In this document: positions 39,919 to 49,906 of the stretch, in pieces
Position numbering within the stretch: position 1 is the first letter of the stretch
Layout of the letters: each line of letters starts with the position of its first letter
Origin: a virus
Direction: 5' to 3' (one strand)
Virus record (IMG/VR): IMGVR_UViG_3300045141_000107
Span: 26,206 to 90,205 of that record
Length of the DNA: 64,000 bases
Translations under genes and position numbers: made by a program
Notes under the pieces: generated by a model
What the model was told of the DNA's origin: nothing
Database searches by the model: none
What the model saw: the letters and a program-made list of their open reading frames with translations, nothing else

Positions 39919-40766
39919 CAGGCTGGATCCTTTGTACCAAATCCGTGCCAGCGGCCTAGCAGAATGCCACGGCGCAGCTCAAGGTCTGTGAAATCATGCC
40001 AGGGGCGCACTTCAACACCCACATACTGCGGAGTAAGCAGATACCAGGGTCTTGGGGCCAACTCTGGGAAGACCTGTGTAGTCTTCATGTGGATCATCGA
40101 GCTTGTGCCGCACGTGTAGTAGCCTAGGATCGCTAGAGCTTCTGGGCCAAACGCATACGGGTCATTGTAGTCTGTACTGTTACTGGCGGCGCTGGAGGTA
40201 TTCAGGGTATAGCTGTAGGAGCCAATCTTCTCGCTCTGGACGCCACTTACCCTGCGCGCACGTATGCTGGCATCGCTTGTAATGTACAACTGCTCTACGA
40301 CCATCAGACCGGCTATCCTACTCATCACGTTCCAGTTAGCCTTGTCTGTGGTGCAGAAACCGCCGTACTGCTGAGACCAACCATACATCAGAGCTTCTGC
40401 ACGCCAGATGTAGTTCCACAGCTTGGCATCGCTCATAGACGCCAGCACTGGAAAGTCTGTGTTTGCCCTGATGTAGTCTGGTGTCAGGATACCCAACGGT
40501 CCTTCCGCTGGTATGCCTTGAAACGGTAATGATTTCTCACTCACATTTGATGGTGTAGCCTGGAAGTACTCGGCGCGGTACCAACTAGTTTGCTCACCAT
40601 CTACGTCATCGTACTCGTAGTTGACCGTACTCATTACCAATTGGATAGTCCCAATTGGCGGGTCGGAGAATGGGCCATCCTGGGCAGTGTCGCGGTAGAT
40701 CCTAATCGTGTCGAAATCCAGGATAATCTCGTTGATGTTGGATACGCGAATGCCCAGGACAATCAC
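39918..40766 (-). CDS. head-tail connector protein
   Basis: SEKIGSYSYT motif; likely start GTG 40766 after GGGAG. Confidence 0.65.
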   Translation of the reverse strand: MIVLGIRVSNINEIILDFDTIRIYRDTAQDGPFSDPPIGTIQLVMSTVNYEYDDVDGEQTSWYRAEYFQATPSNVSEKSLPFQGIPAEGPLGILTPDYIRANTDFPVLASMSDAKLWNYIWRAEALMYGWSQQYGGFCTTDKANWNVMSRIAGLMVVEQLYITSDASIRARRVSGVQSEKIGSYSYTLNTSSAASNSTDYNDPYAFGPEALAILGYYTCGTSSMIHMKTTQVFPELAPRPWYLLTPQYVGVEVRPWHDFTDLELRRGILLGRWHGFGTKDPA

Positions 40767-40783
40767 ATCATTCTCCCTATCGC

Positions 40784-40903
40784 CTAAGCGACTTTCTTGG
40801 CTCCCTTGGTGCCAGTCATGGGACCCATCTTGACCTTGGGTACTCCAGACTGCCTGGAGCCGCCCTGTCGCGAGGGCTTGCTGCCCGTTACTTTGAACAT
40901 CAT
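40784..40903 (-). CDS. 39-aa basic peptide (not in ORF track)
   Basis: MMFKVTGSKPSRQGGSRQSGVPKVKMGPMTGTKGAKKVA; ATGA coupling. Confidence 0.45.
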   Translation of the reverse strand: MMFKVTGSKPSRQGGSRQSGVPKVKMGPMTGTKGAKKVA

Positions 40904-41421
40904 GGGGTTGGTGTCTCCTCTTCTTCGGGTGGTGGTTCCGTACCAGCCGCCTCGGCCTGTGACTCAGCCGCGGCCTGCGCCTGTTCCTTCTCCTTCTTCT
41001 CAATGGCACCGATCATCTGGTCACGGTCAGTGTCAGCTGGGAAGTTGAGGCCGACTTTTTTTGCGCGTACACGCAGTTCTTCGCGGCTCTGCGTGTTGAT
41101 GTCAGGCTGCGTAGTAGCCTGAGTCACTACAGGCGGCTCGCCAGGGGCTTGCATACCAGCCAGTGTCCTGATCTGGCCGGATGCAGCCTTGATAGCAGCG
41201 AGTTCATCCTCCTCGGGTGTGTACTCCTTGTACATCACGAAACCATACTTGGTAGTCTGGTCTTCTTCCGAGAGAGGAGGGTGCATCTTGGTAAAGCCCA
41301 TCGAGCTACCTTCGATGACTTCACCGTCCTGGCATACCGTCATTCCAACGGTATACCCGCCAGACACCTGATAGTAATCGGCGAACTGGACTTCTTCTTC
41401 AGCTGGTGGTGTCTGTGTCAT
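40900..41421 (-). CDS. hypothetical protein with C-terminal HeH/Rho-N-like motif
   Basis: SREELRVRAKKVGL......RDQMIGAI; follows the capsid gene. Confidence 0.55.
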   Translation of the reverse strand: MTQTPPAEEEVQFADYYQVSGGYTVGMTVCQDGEVIEGSSMGFTKMHPPLSEEDQTTKYGFVMYKEYTPEEDELAAIKAASGQIRTLAGMQAPGEPPVVTQATTQPDINTQSREELRVRAKKVGLNFPADTDRDQMIGAIEKKEKEQAQAAAESQAEAAGTEPPPEEEETPTP

Positions 41422-41422
41422 G

Positions 41423-42424
41423 TTAGCCTACCGTCGCAACGCCGACGTTGTCGGGCTTGGGAAGAATTGGAACGAACGGGTACTCCTCGAGCACGACGCG
41501 TGTGCTTGGGTCCTTCTCCTTCCATGACTTGGTGTACTTTCCGGTGTTGTTGGCTGGCGCTTCGTCGTCCGCGGTTGGCCCTTCCATGATGCCATAGGCA
41601 GAGCGCTCCTCAGCCAGGAAAAGGATCTTGTTGTTGGGAACGTACAGCTTGGTAGTGGGTGTACCTGGGGTTGTCCAGTCGTCCGTGTAGGTGTTGTCGT
41701 ACACCACCCAATCGACACCAGCCAGCCCTGAGATAATGCCAGTCTTGAGGAAGGCATCGCGCATCTCATTGCTCAGCAGGGTCTGGATCTTCTGGTTCGC
41801 AAACACAACGCTGTACAGAGTCGTGCTATTGAGGAACACGCGCCGCACTGCCACGTTGCTATCGACCTGGATCTGCAACTTCCACGCCGTGACGTTCGCC
41901 AGGATGTTGGAGTTTGCCAGATCCGTCCACAGTGGCGCAGGCGTGAAGAAGTGGCTTGAAGGAATCTGGTAGTTAATGTTGACACGCGGTGCATCTGGGC
42001 GGTTGACGACCAGGGTACCCGTGAGCAGCATCTGCCACGTCGACCACTCGACGAAGCGTTCGATACCATCATCCAGGTCAGACACCTCTTCAGCAACCTT
42101 TGCCTCTGCGGCGCTCCTGGCAATGTCACCAGGGGTGCGCAGCCAGTGGATGGCAGTCGGGGTGAAGACCTTCTTGTCTCGCATGTAGATGAACGAACCA
42201 GCCACTTGCCCGACACCACGCTGCGGACGAATGTGGGCTTCCTGGTTGGGCACGTTCGGCTTGGACATGAGCTGGTTGCCCTGCACGATGTCGTAAGCCC
42301 ACGTTGGGAACGGGTAACCCGTACGGGCACCCATAAGCGAGAGTCCCAACAGATTCTGGGGGAACGGCTTGCGGCGCACAAAGCCGTTGAGTACCGTTGG
42401 CTGAAGCAGGCTAATCTCTGGCAT
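41423..42424 (-). CDS. major capsid protein (phage capsid E family)
   Basis: 333 aa; EWSTWQMLLTG, W......IL, YD..Y, KEKDPS, P.LP motifs; follows the decoration gene. Confidence 0.85.
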   Translation of the reverse strand: MPEISLLQPTVLNGFVRRKPFPQNLLGLSLMGARTGYPFPTWAYDIVQGNQLMSKPNVPNQEAHIRPQRGVGQVAGSFIYMRDKKVFTPTAIHWLRTPGDIARSAAEAKVAEEVSDLDDGIERFVEWSTWQMLLTGTLVVNRPDAPRVNINYQIPSSHFFTPAPLWTDLANSNILANVTAWKLQIQVDSNVAVRRVFLNSTTLYSVVFANQKIQTLLSNEMRDAFLKTGIISGLAGVDWVVYDNTYTDDWTTPGTPTTKLYVPNNKILFLAEERSAYGIMEGPTADDEAPANNTGKYTKSWKEKDPSTRVVLEEYPFVPILPKPDNVGVATVG

Positions 42425-42432
42425 GTCGTTAC

Positions 42433-42837
42433 CTACCCTAGGATGATAACGGCGTCAAGATTGGCATGAATCTTGCAGCCAACGAACACGGTTGCGAGCT
42501 GACCGTCTGTGTACCACCTGTTCAGCTCCGACTTCTTGAAGATGCCCGACAGATACACGTCGCACACCTGCTGGTCTGTAGCGTTGGGGTACACGTAGTT
42601 TGCAGCTACGAGCTCCGCTGCTTCCGTAGCAGGCACCACAGGACGAAACTGCCCAGACGTGGCATCCTTGATCAGACCCATGCCAGGGTTGATCTGGGCT
42701 GTGCCAGGCGCGATGCTGGCAGCCCCGGAGATCTTGCACTGGAGTGCAGTCGAGCGCAAGATCTCAATCGGGTCGGTAACCGGAATGGTGGAAATTGACC
42801 CGTATGCACGGGTGTTCCCAGTGGGTACTGCTGGCAT
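42433..42837 (-). CDS. head decoration protein (lambda gpD-like)
   Basis: 134 aa between scaffold and capsid genes; VYLSGIF. Confidence 0.65.
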   Translation of the reverse strand: MPAVPTGNTRAYGSISTIPVTDPIEILRSTALQCKISGAASIAPGTAQINPGMGLIKDATSGQFRPVVPATEAAELVAANYVYPNATDQQVCDVYLSGIFKKSELNRWYTDGQLATVFVGCKIHANLDAVIILG

Positions 42838-42840
42838 CGT

Positions 42841-44502
42841 CTACTTCCTCTTGGCCGCGAGGCGACCTTCAAGCTCAGGAACCAGTTGCATGTAGCGATC
42901 TGCTTCCTCGGTAGCCTTGCTGGGATCGGAGAACTTCTCAGCGCTCGCGTGCCCAGGCTCCTGAGAAATGCCATCGCCGCCGATCTCACCAAGCTGCACG
43001 TAAGGCTCGAGATCCTTGGTCATCTCCTCGAACAGCTCGTGGTTGGTGTTGTACAGCTTGAGGTACTGATCGCGCTTGGCAGGAGGCACCTTGCCGCTGT
43101 CTACGAGTTTGTCAACCGCCGTACTGGCCTTGGTGTCGTCCAGTTCCTTGCGGATGGACTTGATGGCGTCAGCGTTCTCGTTGTTCTGCGTCTTCAAGGC
43201 GTTGTACCCTGCCAGGACCACTTCGGCAATGTCGGCATCGGCATCGAATTTGAAGCCAGCAGCAGCGAACTTGGTACGTGTGCTCTCGAGCGAAGCTGCG
43301 CTGCCGAAAGCACCCTCGATCGCATCGGTAGCTGCCTGGTCATCACTCAATGCCAGCCCGAAGTTCTTGTTGAGATGTGCGATGAGATCCGCGTACTTCA
43401 TGTCCTCATCTTCCTCGTCGTCCTCTTCCTCATCTTCGTCCTCTTCAACGTCTTCATCGGACGCCTCAGGGGAATACCCTGTGAAGAAGGAACGATCATC
43501 GTCCTCTTCTTCGTCCTTATGTGTGCCGTCGTCAAATTCCCAAAGCACATCGCCAAACAACCCTATCTGGATACGGTTGTCGGCTTTGCCTTCACCAAAC
43601 TTGACAGCAGGCATCTGCTTGAAAAACGGACGGTTTGTCAGGCCGCCACCAAACAGAACGTTTTTGACCGTCTTGCCATCTGGTCCAGTAAACGCACCAA
43701 TCTCGGCACTGAAGTAACGGTATATGTCCCGCTCCAGCAGTGACCTGCCAAGGTCCGTCCACTCAACATCAGCAAACAGCCCAACGTGGTTCTGTCCGCC
43801 TATTTCGCTAGCTCCGTGGTGTACGTTCCTGAACCAACCTAGCGCCTTGCCTCTGTCATGGCCTTCGTCGACCATGATGTCCGTTCCAAGTATCTTTGCG
43901 TCGAAGTGGCGCTTGACGGAACGTAGCACTGGCGCTGTAAAGTCGAGATCCCCGTACCACGGATGCTTGAATTTGCCCTCGGGCAAAACAGGTACGCGAC
44001 TACTGTACCGACCGTTCTCCTCCTTTAGGACTAGAGTAGGTAATGCGAAGAACTCTGTCAGATGTGCGTCAGCGGTATGCTCACCCACACCAGCAGAACG
44101 GGCGTGTGCTAGAAGATGTGATCGAGCTCTTGCCTTTGCGGCTGACGACACTCCTGTCACCTGATTCACCCTAGCCAGTGCATTGCGTAGATGGTTTAGG
44201 TCTAGCTTGCCGCTGGCGTTGTGATGAGGCAGTTTACGGACCTTTGTACCGTTCACTGTCTCAACAATTGCGTATGCGGAATCCGGCAGGCTGGCGCGAC
44301 TCTTGATGACTGCAAGGTCATCGTTCTTTTTGCCTATTGCTTCTGGGTGCGCTTGTTTCACTGCGCCAATGCATGCACGAATCGCGTCTACATCACTACC
44401 TCCACGTTTGAGGGTACTGTTTGCTGCGGCGACACATACGCTTTTCGCAGCCGCAGACCAGTTCTTAGCTGGTCTAGGTGGGTTCTTGACGGTCCAAGGC
44501 AT
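42841..44502 (-). CDS. prohead protease / scaffold (Mu gpI-like) with extra N-terminal domains
   Basis: VDEGH..KALGW, VEWT..G......YRYFSAE, LTNRPF; C-terminal scaffold. Confidence 0.8.
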   Translation of the reverse strand: MPWTVKNPPRPAKNWSAAAKSVCVAAANSTLKRGGSDVDAIRACIGAVKQAHPEAIGKKNDDLAVIKSRASLPDSAYAIVETVNGTKVRKLPHHNASGKLDLNHLRNALARVNQVTGVSSAAKARARSHLLAHARSAGVGEHTADAHLTEFFALPTLVLKEENGRYSSRVPVLPEGKFKHPWYGDLDFTAPVLRSVKRHFDAKILGTDIMVDEGHDRGKALGWFRNVHHGASEIGGQNHVGLFADVEWTDLGRSLLERDIYRYFSAEIGAFTGPDGKTVKNVLFGGGLTNRPFFKQMPAVKFGEGKADNRIQIGLFGDVLWEFDDGTHKDEEEDDDRSFFTGYSPEASDEDVEEDEDEEEDDEEDEDMKYADLIAHLNKNFGLALSDDQAATDAIEGAFGSAASLESTRTKFAAAGFKFDADADIAEVVLAGYNALKTQNNENADAIKSIRKELDDTKASTAVDKLVDSGKVPPAKRDQYLKLYNTNHELFEEMTKDLEPYVQLGEIGGDGISQEPGHASAEKFSDPSKATEEADRYMQLVPELEGRLAAKRK

Positions 44503-44504
44503 AA

Positions 44505-45947
44505 CTACGTCCTAGTCTGTGCTGGTCGCGTTGGTTGTCGCCTCGTTGCAGCAGGAGCCGCTGCTGGTTGCGCGGGGGCTACGGGAGCCACTGGTGCTGG
44601 AGTCGGTTTAGCTGCTACTTTCGCTGCGGTTGCAGCCTGCTTCTGAGCGACCTTTACCTGGGATACGCCTGATTGCGCTTGCTGTCGTTCGTTGATGTTC
44701 GCAATCATATCAGCTTCTTTCTTGTCGTAGTCGATCTCGTCTTCAAACCCAAGCATTTCTGCCATTTTTCGCTCTAGTGCCAACCAGAACTCAGGGCTTG
44801 TGTTTACCTGACGAGCAGCGCTGATATGTTGGAAGATTTCCTTTGTCAATACCTTTAGGTCAGTGCTTGGTGGTAGCAACTTGATCTGAGGGTATTTCTG
44901 GCTATTGAAATTCCAGTCGATCAACTCTGGAATAACATAACTGTTGACCACCTGAGCAATGTCGTCACGCAGTGCAGTGAGTGACAACAGCAGCATTTCG
45001 AGCTGCGTTTGCCCCAGGGAGTAAGAACCGCCAGAAACGGTCGTCCCCATGTTGATGATCTGGCCCAACACAGCTTTTGCCATTTCGATGTCATGATGGT
45101 CAATCAAAGGCATACTGTCTGCCACTTGTCGGGTCTCATGAATCTCCATGCTGTAGCCTTCGGGTACGATAATGCTGGTGTTCACGCCCACGTTGTCGAG
45201 TGCGTTCTGGAATGCCTTGCGCTCGCTGTCCTGTACACCCGGAGGCATGCTACCTTCACGGATAGGAATAGCATTCAGGGCGTAGGCCAGGTGAGAGATG
45301 TAGTACAGCTTGTGCTTCATCTCATAGTGGCCGTAAGCCGGAAGCATCATGGAGCGCCCGTACAGGGGGTTGTGCTCTTTGCCCTGCACAAACAGGACGC
45401 ACTTCTCTTTGGGGATGATTACGTTGCCGTCCGGCAAAATCTGCGTGACACCGTTGAAGCCACCCTTGCTATCCATTCGGATAATAATTGAGTGGCGAGG
45501 GCGAGGAGCAAGCTTACGTAGGACCGTATGCCCATTGCGCACCTCATGCACTTTCTCCAGAACCTCTGCCCCTGTGAGTACAAACTTGGCAATGTTCTGG
45601 ATTACTCCTGACCAGGGAGTAGTCATGCCACCAAGCTCAGGCGGGTTTACCAACTGAGCCTGTATGAAGTTTGCTTCCTGGGTGCCACCATCTACTGCCT
45701 TGACGCGCAGTTCACCAGCACGAATAGGCATAGTGAGAATGCGGTAAAGAGACATAGCTTGACCATCGGTCTGTACCATCCTGTCCAAGTCGGCAAGAGT
45801 TACTGCACTCTCGTCGAATAACTCTTCGACATCAAACAGGGAGAACGGCGAGATAATAGACTTACCTAGCTCTGTCAGGCTAGGCTTGTCCCTGGTCTCC
45901 TCCGGCTGTAGGTCCTTGACTATGTTCCTTGGTCGTCCTGGTGGCAT
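44505..45947 (-). CDS. portal protein (DUF935/Mu gp29-like)
   Basis: G..VLEKV, NPLYGRS, HHD.EMAKAVLGQ, GSYSLG, IPELIDWNF. Confidence 0.85.
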   Translation of the reverse strand: MPPGRPRNIVKDLQPEETRDKPSLTELGKSIISPFSLFDVEELFDESAVTLADLDRMVQTDGQAMSLYRILTMPIRAGELRVKAVDGGTQEANFIQAQLVNPPELGGMTTPWSGVIQNIAKFVLTGAEVLEKVHEVRNGHTVLRKLAPRPRHSIIIRMDSKGGFNGVTQILPDGNVIIPKEKCVLFVQGKEHNPLYGRSMMLPAYGHYEMKHKLYYISHLAYALNAIPIREGSMPPGVQDSERKAFQNALDNVGVNTSIIVPEGYSMEIHETRQVADSMPLIDHHDIEMAKAVLGQIINMGTTVSGGSYSLGQTQLEMLLLSLTALRDDIAQVVNSYVIPELIDWNFNSQKYPQIKLLPPSTDLKVLTKEIFQHISAARQVNTSPEFWLALERKMAEMLGFEDEIDYDKKEADMIANINERQQAQSGVSQVKVAQKQAATAAKVAAKPTPAPVAPVAPAQPAAAPAATRRQPTRPAQTRT

Positions 45948-45961
45948 TAGGTCATATCGTA

Positions 45962-47743
45962 CTAAAATCCCTTCAGGCTAGCAAAAGTAGATCGCAAGTC
46001 CATACCTGCTGGAACTAGGTCCTGCAACCGTAGTCCTCCACCACCTGGCCCCTCGAGAGCACCACCCACATGCAAGTCTTCTATTCTACCGCGCCCGTAT
46101 ATGTTAGCGGCTGCTTTCGCATAATTATCCGCGTGGCGATAGTGGTCATCACCCACTTTCAGCCATACAGCTACGGTGTTACCCTTGGCGTCTTCTTGCA
46201 GGTCGCGCTTCATGTTGGTCATCTGCTTGATGAACTCTTCCTGTTCCTCGTTCAGGTTCTTCAGGGGGTCACCAACCAGAAACGCCATACCATCGATCCA
46301 GTCCTGAGCACTATCGTCCAGAGTTTCAGTTCTGTCCAAGTGCATAGTGCTGGTCTCGGTTTCCTGTTCCTTCTTGCGCTTTTCCTGCTCACGCCGTTTG
46401 TTCTCGGTTATATACTTCTTCTCCTCACGCTGGTCCTTGTAGTATGCCATATACATACGCCCACGGAAGCGTTGTACTAGATCTCTCGCGTTGTGCTTGT
46501 TGGGGAGGGCGTCAATAATTCCAGACCGCACACGGTACAGACTAATGATGCTATCAATTTTGTAGAAGTCGTTGGTAACACCGAAAGCAACCACGGCCAT
46601 TCTGCCGGTGGGAAGGACTCTTCGTACAACCCAGTGGAGTAAATCACCTTGATCGACTCCAATAACGTTGAAACCTGTATCTGGGATGGATGCCTGCATT
46701 GTCCTGAGGATAGTATCACGGGTGATAAGGCCCTCGCCGGTAAGGTACGGCAGACCAAGGTCAAAGTTGTGGAAACGCTTGCGAGCGAAGTTGGTATTCT
46801 TACGCTCTACCTTGCGCCACTCTGCCCAAACGCTCGTAGCTGTAACGTATGTGAAGGTCAGTGGATTGATCCAGTACCCACGCATGCCGTCAGCAGGGGC
46901 TACCAAACGACCCTGGTCATCGTATACAGCATCCGTCGCCTTCTGTGGGTGTTTGGCTACCCATGCACCGTTACGACGGTTCAGCTTTACGCCGCATCTT
47001 CGGCACCCGAAGTATGGAGTCCCACCCTTCCGTTTGAGGAGGTTGTGCTCGAAGGTAACGTCCTGCCACTTGCCGCAGCTTGTGCATCTAACAAGCCAGT
47101 GTCTTTGATCAGTATCTTTATAGAGCGCATTGATGCCAAAGTCGGGGATGCTCGGCGTACTGAAGCGCCAGAACCACTTGAGCTTGCTAGCACCCACCCT
47201 TTTCTCGAAAGTGTCCATGACGTCTTGAGCAGAAAAATCATATTCGTCGTTGACGATGATGTCTGCAGGGACAGAAATAGCCTGGCTGTGTTTCTGAGCA
47301 CCGCGGAAGTATAGCGTACTCGCGCCCATACGTTTGAGCGTGGCATTGTCAACATTGCCCATCCTGGCACTGAGGTAGTTAGAAGCCTTGATAACTGGCG
47401 CAAATCTAGCTTGTGAGAATTCAAAAACGTCCTTTGCCGTCGGCATGGTGTAGATTGCCGTAATATTGTGGGTGTCGCAATAATACAGCAGCTTGCATAT
47501 CTGGCATGTCGTCATACCGATCTGTGAGCCCTTCTGGGCCACAATAAGCGGGTGCCAGTCCCTATATACATCCACCATAGGCAGGTGGTCCTTGAACTCC
47601 AGGGGCTCCAATTTTTCGGTGCGCAAATTTGCCCTTGCAGACATCCAAGTAATAGGGTCTATATCACCCAATATTTCGCTAGCTACAGTAGGGTTGTCCT
47701 TTATCAGTTCTGCAAAGCCAGCGGTTACGTCACTTATCGACAT
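45962..47743 (-). CDS. terminase large subunit (GpA-like)
   Basis: QKGSQIGMT Walker A, DEYD, STP, CxxC zinc finger, GVDQG, DHYRHADNY. Confidence 0.9.
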   Translation of the reverse strand: MSISDVTAGFAELIKDNPTVASEILGDIDPITWMSARANLRTEKLEPLEFKDHLPMVDVYRDWHPLIVAQKGSQIGMTTCQICKLLYYCDTHNITAIYTMPTAKDVFEFSQARFAPVIKASNYLSARMGNVDNATLKRMGASTLYFRGAQKHSQAISVPADIIVNDEYDFSAQDVMDTFEKRVGASKLKWFWRFSTPSIPDFGINALYKDTDQRHWLVRCTSCGKWQDVTFEHNLLKRKGGTPYFGCRRCGVKLNRRNGAWVAKHPQKATDAVYDDQGRLVAPADGMRGYWINPLTFTYVTATSVWAEWRKVERKNTNFARKRFHNFDLGLPYLTGEGLITRDTILRTMQASIPDTGFNVIGVDQGDLLHWVVRRVLPTGRMAVVAFGVTNDFYKIDSIISLYRVRSGIIDALPNKHNARDLVQRFRGRMYMAYYKDQREEKKYITENKRREQEKRKKEQETETSTMHLDRTETLDDSAQDWIDGMAFLVGDPLKNLNEEQEEFIKQMTNMKRDLQEDAKGNTVAVWLKVGDDHYRHADNYAKAAANIYGRGRIEDLHVGGALEGPGGGGLRLQDLVPAGMDLRSTFASLKGF

Positions 47744-47888
47744 ACTTCTTCAATTCTTCGTACAACTGAGCCAATTGCCTGCGGATTTCCTCCTTACGCG
47801 CAGGCGTTGTCTCTGGGTCCTTGAACTCCGCGGACATCTGGTCTATCTGTGCATTCACAGAAAGAATCAGGTTGGTCATGGAGTCCAT
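47730..47888 (-). CDS. 52-aa hypothetical protein (not in ORF track)
   Basis: MDSMTNLILSV...EELKKYVDK; TGATG coupling. Confidence 0.45.
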   Translation of the reverse strand: MDSMTNLILSVNAQIDQMSAEFKDPETTPARKEEIRRQLAQLYEELKKYVDK

Positions 47889-48085
47889 CAGTTCATACTC
47901 TTTGTCTCTATGTATGGTTTCATGATCATGTCAGCAATCTGATCTAGCGGGTGACAGCTCAGCACCGCACCCGTCAGTTCGCCCCGCCGTATCTGTACTA
48001 TTAGCGCAAGGCATCTGGGGCAAACATAGTCCTGGGGAGGGTTGGGGGAATCTGGCGGTTGGTCTTGGGACTGGCGTCGGCTCAT
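47888..48085 (-). CDS. small CxxC protein
   Basis: 65-aa coupled ORF. Confidence 0.45.
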   Translation of the reverse strand: MSRRQSQDQPPDSPNPPQDYVCPRCLALIVQIRRGELTGAVLSCHPLDQIADMIMKPYIETKSMN

Positions 48086-48270
48086 GGAACGTTATTGGTC
48101 CCGGACCGCACCGTATCGCCACTATGTATATCACTATGCTTATTACGATGAGCGATATGAGATGGCGTTTCACTGAGGTTGAGTTTGCTCCTACACCATC
48201 TGCATCGTGGGTACCTTGCCTGCTTCAGTTTCCCACACGCACACTCGTCAAGTTGCATGCGTTTATCCAT
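48082..48270 (-). CDS. small Cys-rich (CxC...CxxC) protein
   Basis: MDKRMQLDECACGK...CRWC. Confidence 0.45.
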   Translation of the reverse strand: MDKRMQLDECACGKLKQARYPRCRWCRSKLNLSETPSHIAHRNKHSDIHSGDTVRSGTNNVP

Positions 48271-48397
48271 CCCACGACTCATGCTCGTGCTCGATGTACT
48301 CCCTGTGCTGGTTCGCATCCCACCAGATTGCATAGACCATCAGGAGTACCACGCCAGCAAAGGCACCAGCACCAATCAAAATACTATTCTTCTTCAT
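48263..48397 (-). CDS. 44-aa single-TM protein (not in ORF track)
   Basis: MKKNSILIGAGAFAGVVLLMVYAIWWD... Confidence 0.45.
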   Translation of the reverse strand: MKKNSILIGAGAFAGVVLLMVYAIWWDANQHREYIEHEHESWDG

Positions 48398-49028
48398 CAG
48401 CAAACGCCTCCTGTCGTGCAACCCTGATAGCGCGGCTCGCCTGGCCGCTTACGTTGGACAATTGCCCGATCAGGATCCGCTGTTGTTCTGGTGGTAGCTG
48501 GTCAAAGCTTACCTTCAGCTCGTTCTTCCTCTGGTCGTAGTAGGTAATAGCGCCACCCTGAGGTGTTGTTATAGACTGCCCGTTGCTCTTCTTCAGGATG
48601 CGCTCGCGCTCCTCGCGCGTGAACTTCATGAGGTTGATTGCCTCACCCACGTTCTTGGGAAACATACCATAGCGCTTGGGGTAACGCAAGACCTCACGCA
48701 TGATATGCTGGATCTGAGTCAGTACCTTGGCGGTCTCAATGTCGTCCATTGCCAACTGCTGCAAGACGGGGTCTTCGCTGGTGCGCAGCATCCGCTGTAG
48801 CTCGTTGTGGTAGACGGCAGCTTTCGCTTCCCAGTCAAACTTGTCCCGCCATCTGGTAATGGTACCCACGGAAACTTCAGTACGTAGTTTCTCTTTGCAG
48901 ATCTTCGCAGTCTGGCTCGCGTTCTGCTCGTTGTGCAGCCAGATCCTAAACACCTTCTCGCGGAAAGCAGGCAAGTAGTGCGTCTGCTGTGCCCGCATTC
49001 TGCTTTCTCTCATTACTTTACGGCCCAT
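48384..49028 (-). CDS. putative terminase small subunit
   Basis: N-terminal HTH (VSVGTITRWRDKFDW), helical, upstream of the large subunit. Confidence 0.65.
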   Translation of the reverse strand: MGRKVMRESRMRAQQTHYLPAFREKVFRIWLHNEQNASQTAKICKEKLRTEVSVGTITRWRDKFDWEAKAAVYHNELQRMLRTSEDPVLQQLAMDDIETAKVLTQIQHIMREVLRYPKRYGMFPKNVGEAINLMKFTREERERILKKSNGQSITTPQGGAITYYDQRKNELKVSFDQLPPEQQRILIGQLSNVSGQASRAIRVARQEAFADEEE

Positions 49029-49488
49029 ATGCCCTTATGATATACTTCAGCGCGTAATTCATGCAACATAGGTACGCAAGGGGTGGCAGTCTACAAACTG
49101 AAGCAAGGTACCATCGAAACCAACTATCACTACGAAGTCGTGGGCGCGTCTCGCGCGTATATACACCTGTTAGGTAGGGACATTACAGATGTCATCCACA
49201 GACCCGAAGGACGCGGAATCCGGAAACAGTCGCTACAAAGAGCTCCGCAGTCTGCCAAATCACAACAAGAAGCCAGATTGTCCTCTTTGCAAGCACAACA
49301 AAGAGGCTTTCGGCAGTACGGTAAAAACGTGCTACGAAAGCGATTCACCTAACGCAGGAGAAGATACCAAGACCTTTATTGAGGGATCAAAGCAAACTTA
49401 CTAGCGTGCGCATCGTCATCTTTCTGATGATTTTGCTATTCCTTATGCTCCTGTACGTCCTGATAATAGAGTTCTTCAAGGGGATTTC

Positions 49489-49749
49489 ATGACCAGAGTA
49501 GATCGTGAATACGGTTTCATCGAGGATGCTGAAGGTGATCCTACAGTCTATACCGTCACAGTAGAGGGCAGTCACACAGCAGACCAGGACCAGCTAGATC
49601 GCATACTTCAGTTCGTCCTCGTAGAACTTGGTGTCGATACATCCTGGCAGATCGCCCCTCCAGATCCTACTCCTGAGGAATTGCCTCCTCCGCAAGTTCC
49701 TCCTCTCCCAGATGTACCACCGGAGAACCAACCCACTGGTCAAATCTAG
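49489..49749 (+). CDS. hypothetical protein, acidic with Pro-rich C-terminus
   Basis: AAGGGG RBS; 86 aa. Confidence 0.5.
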   Translation: MTRVDREYGFIEDAEGDPTVYTVTVEGSHTADQDQLDRILQFVLVELGVDTSWQIAPPDPTPEELPPPQVPPLPDVPPENQPTGQI

Positions 49750-49906
49750 GAGAATCAAGATTCTCCGTAAGCCAGCTAAGGAAAAATGCTGGTACACCAA
49801 CAAAATAATCTTCGCATCTTATAGGGATGCAGAGAAGTCATCACATGGCATGCGAGTCTATATCTGTCGCTGGTGTATGAAGTATCACCTTACCAGGAAT
49901 ATGTAG
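49736..49906 (+). CDS. small zinc-finger phage protein (start uncertain)
   Basis: C...K..F....A...RVYICRWC..YHLT pattern at the 3' end of ORF 49628..49906. Confidence 0.45.
   Translation: MVKSRRIKILRKPAKEKCWYTNKIIFASYRDAEKSSHGMRVYICRWCMKYHLTRNM

Noticed and set aside
40767-41009. Arg-rich N-terminal extension of the head-tail connector ORF
   Set aside because: Overlaps two better-supported ORFs in other frames; an RBS supports a start at 40766
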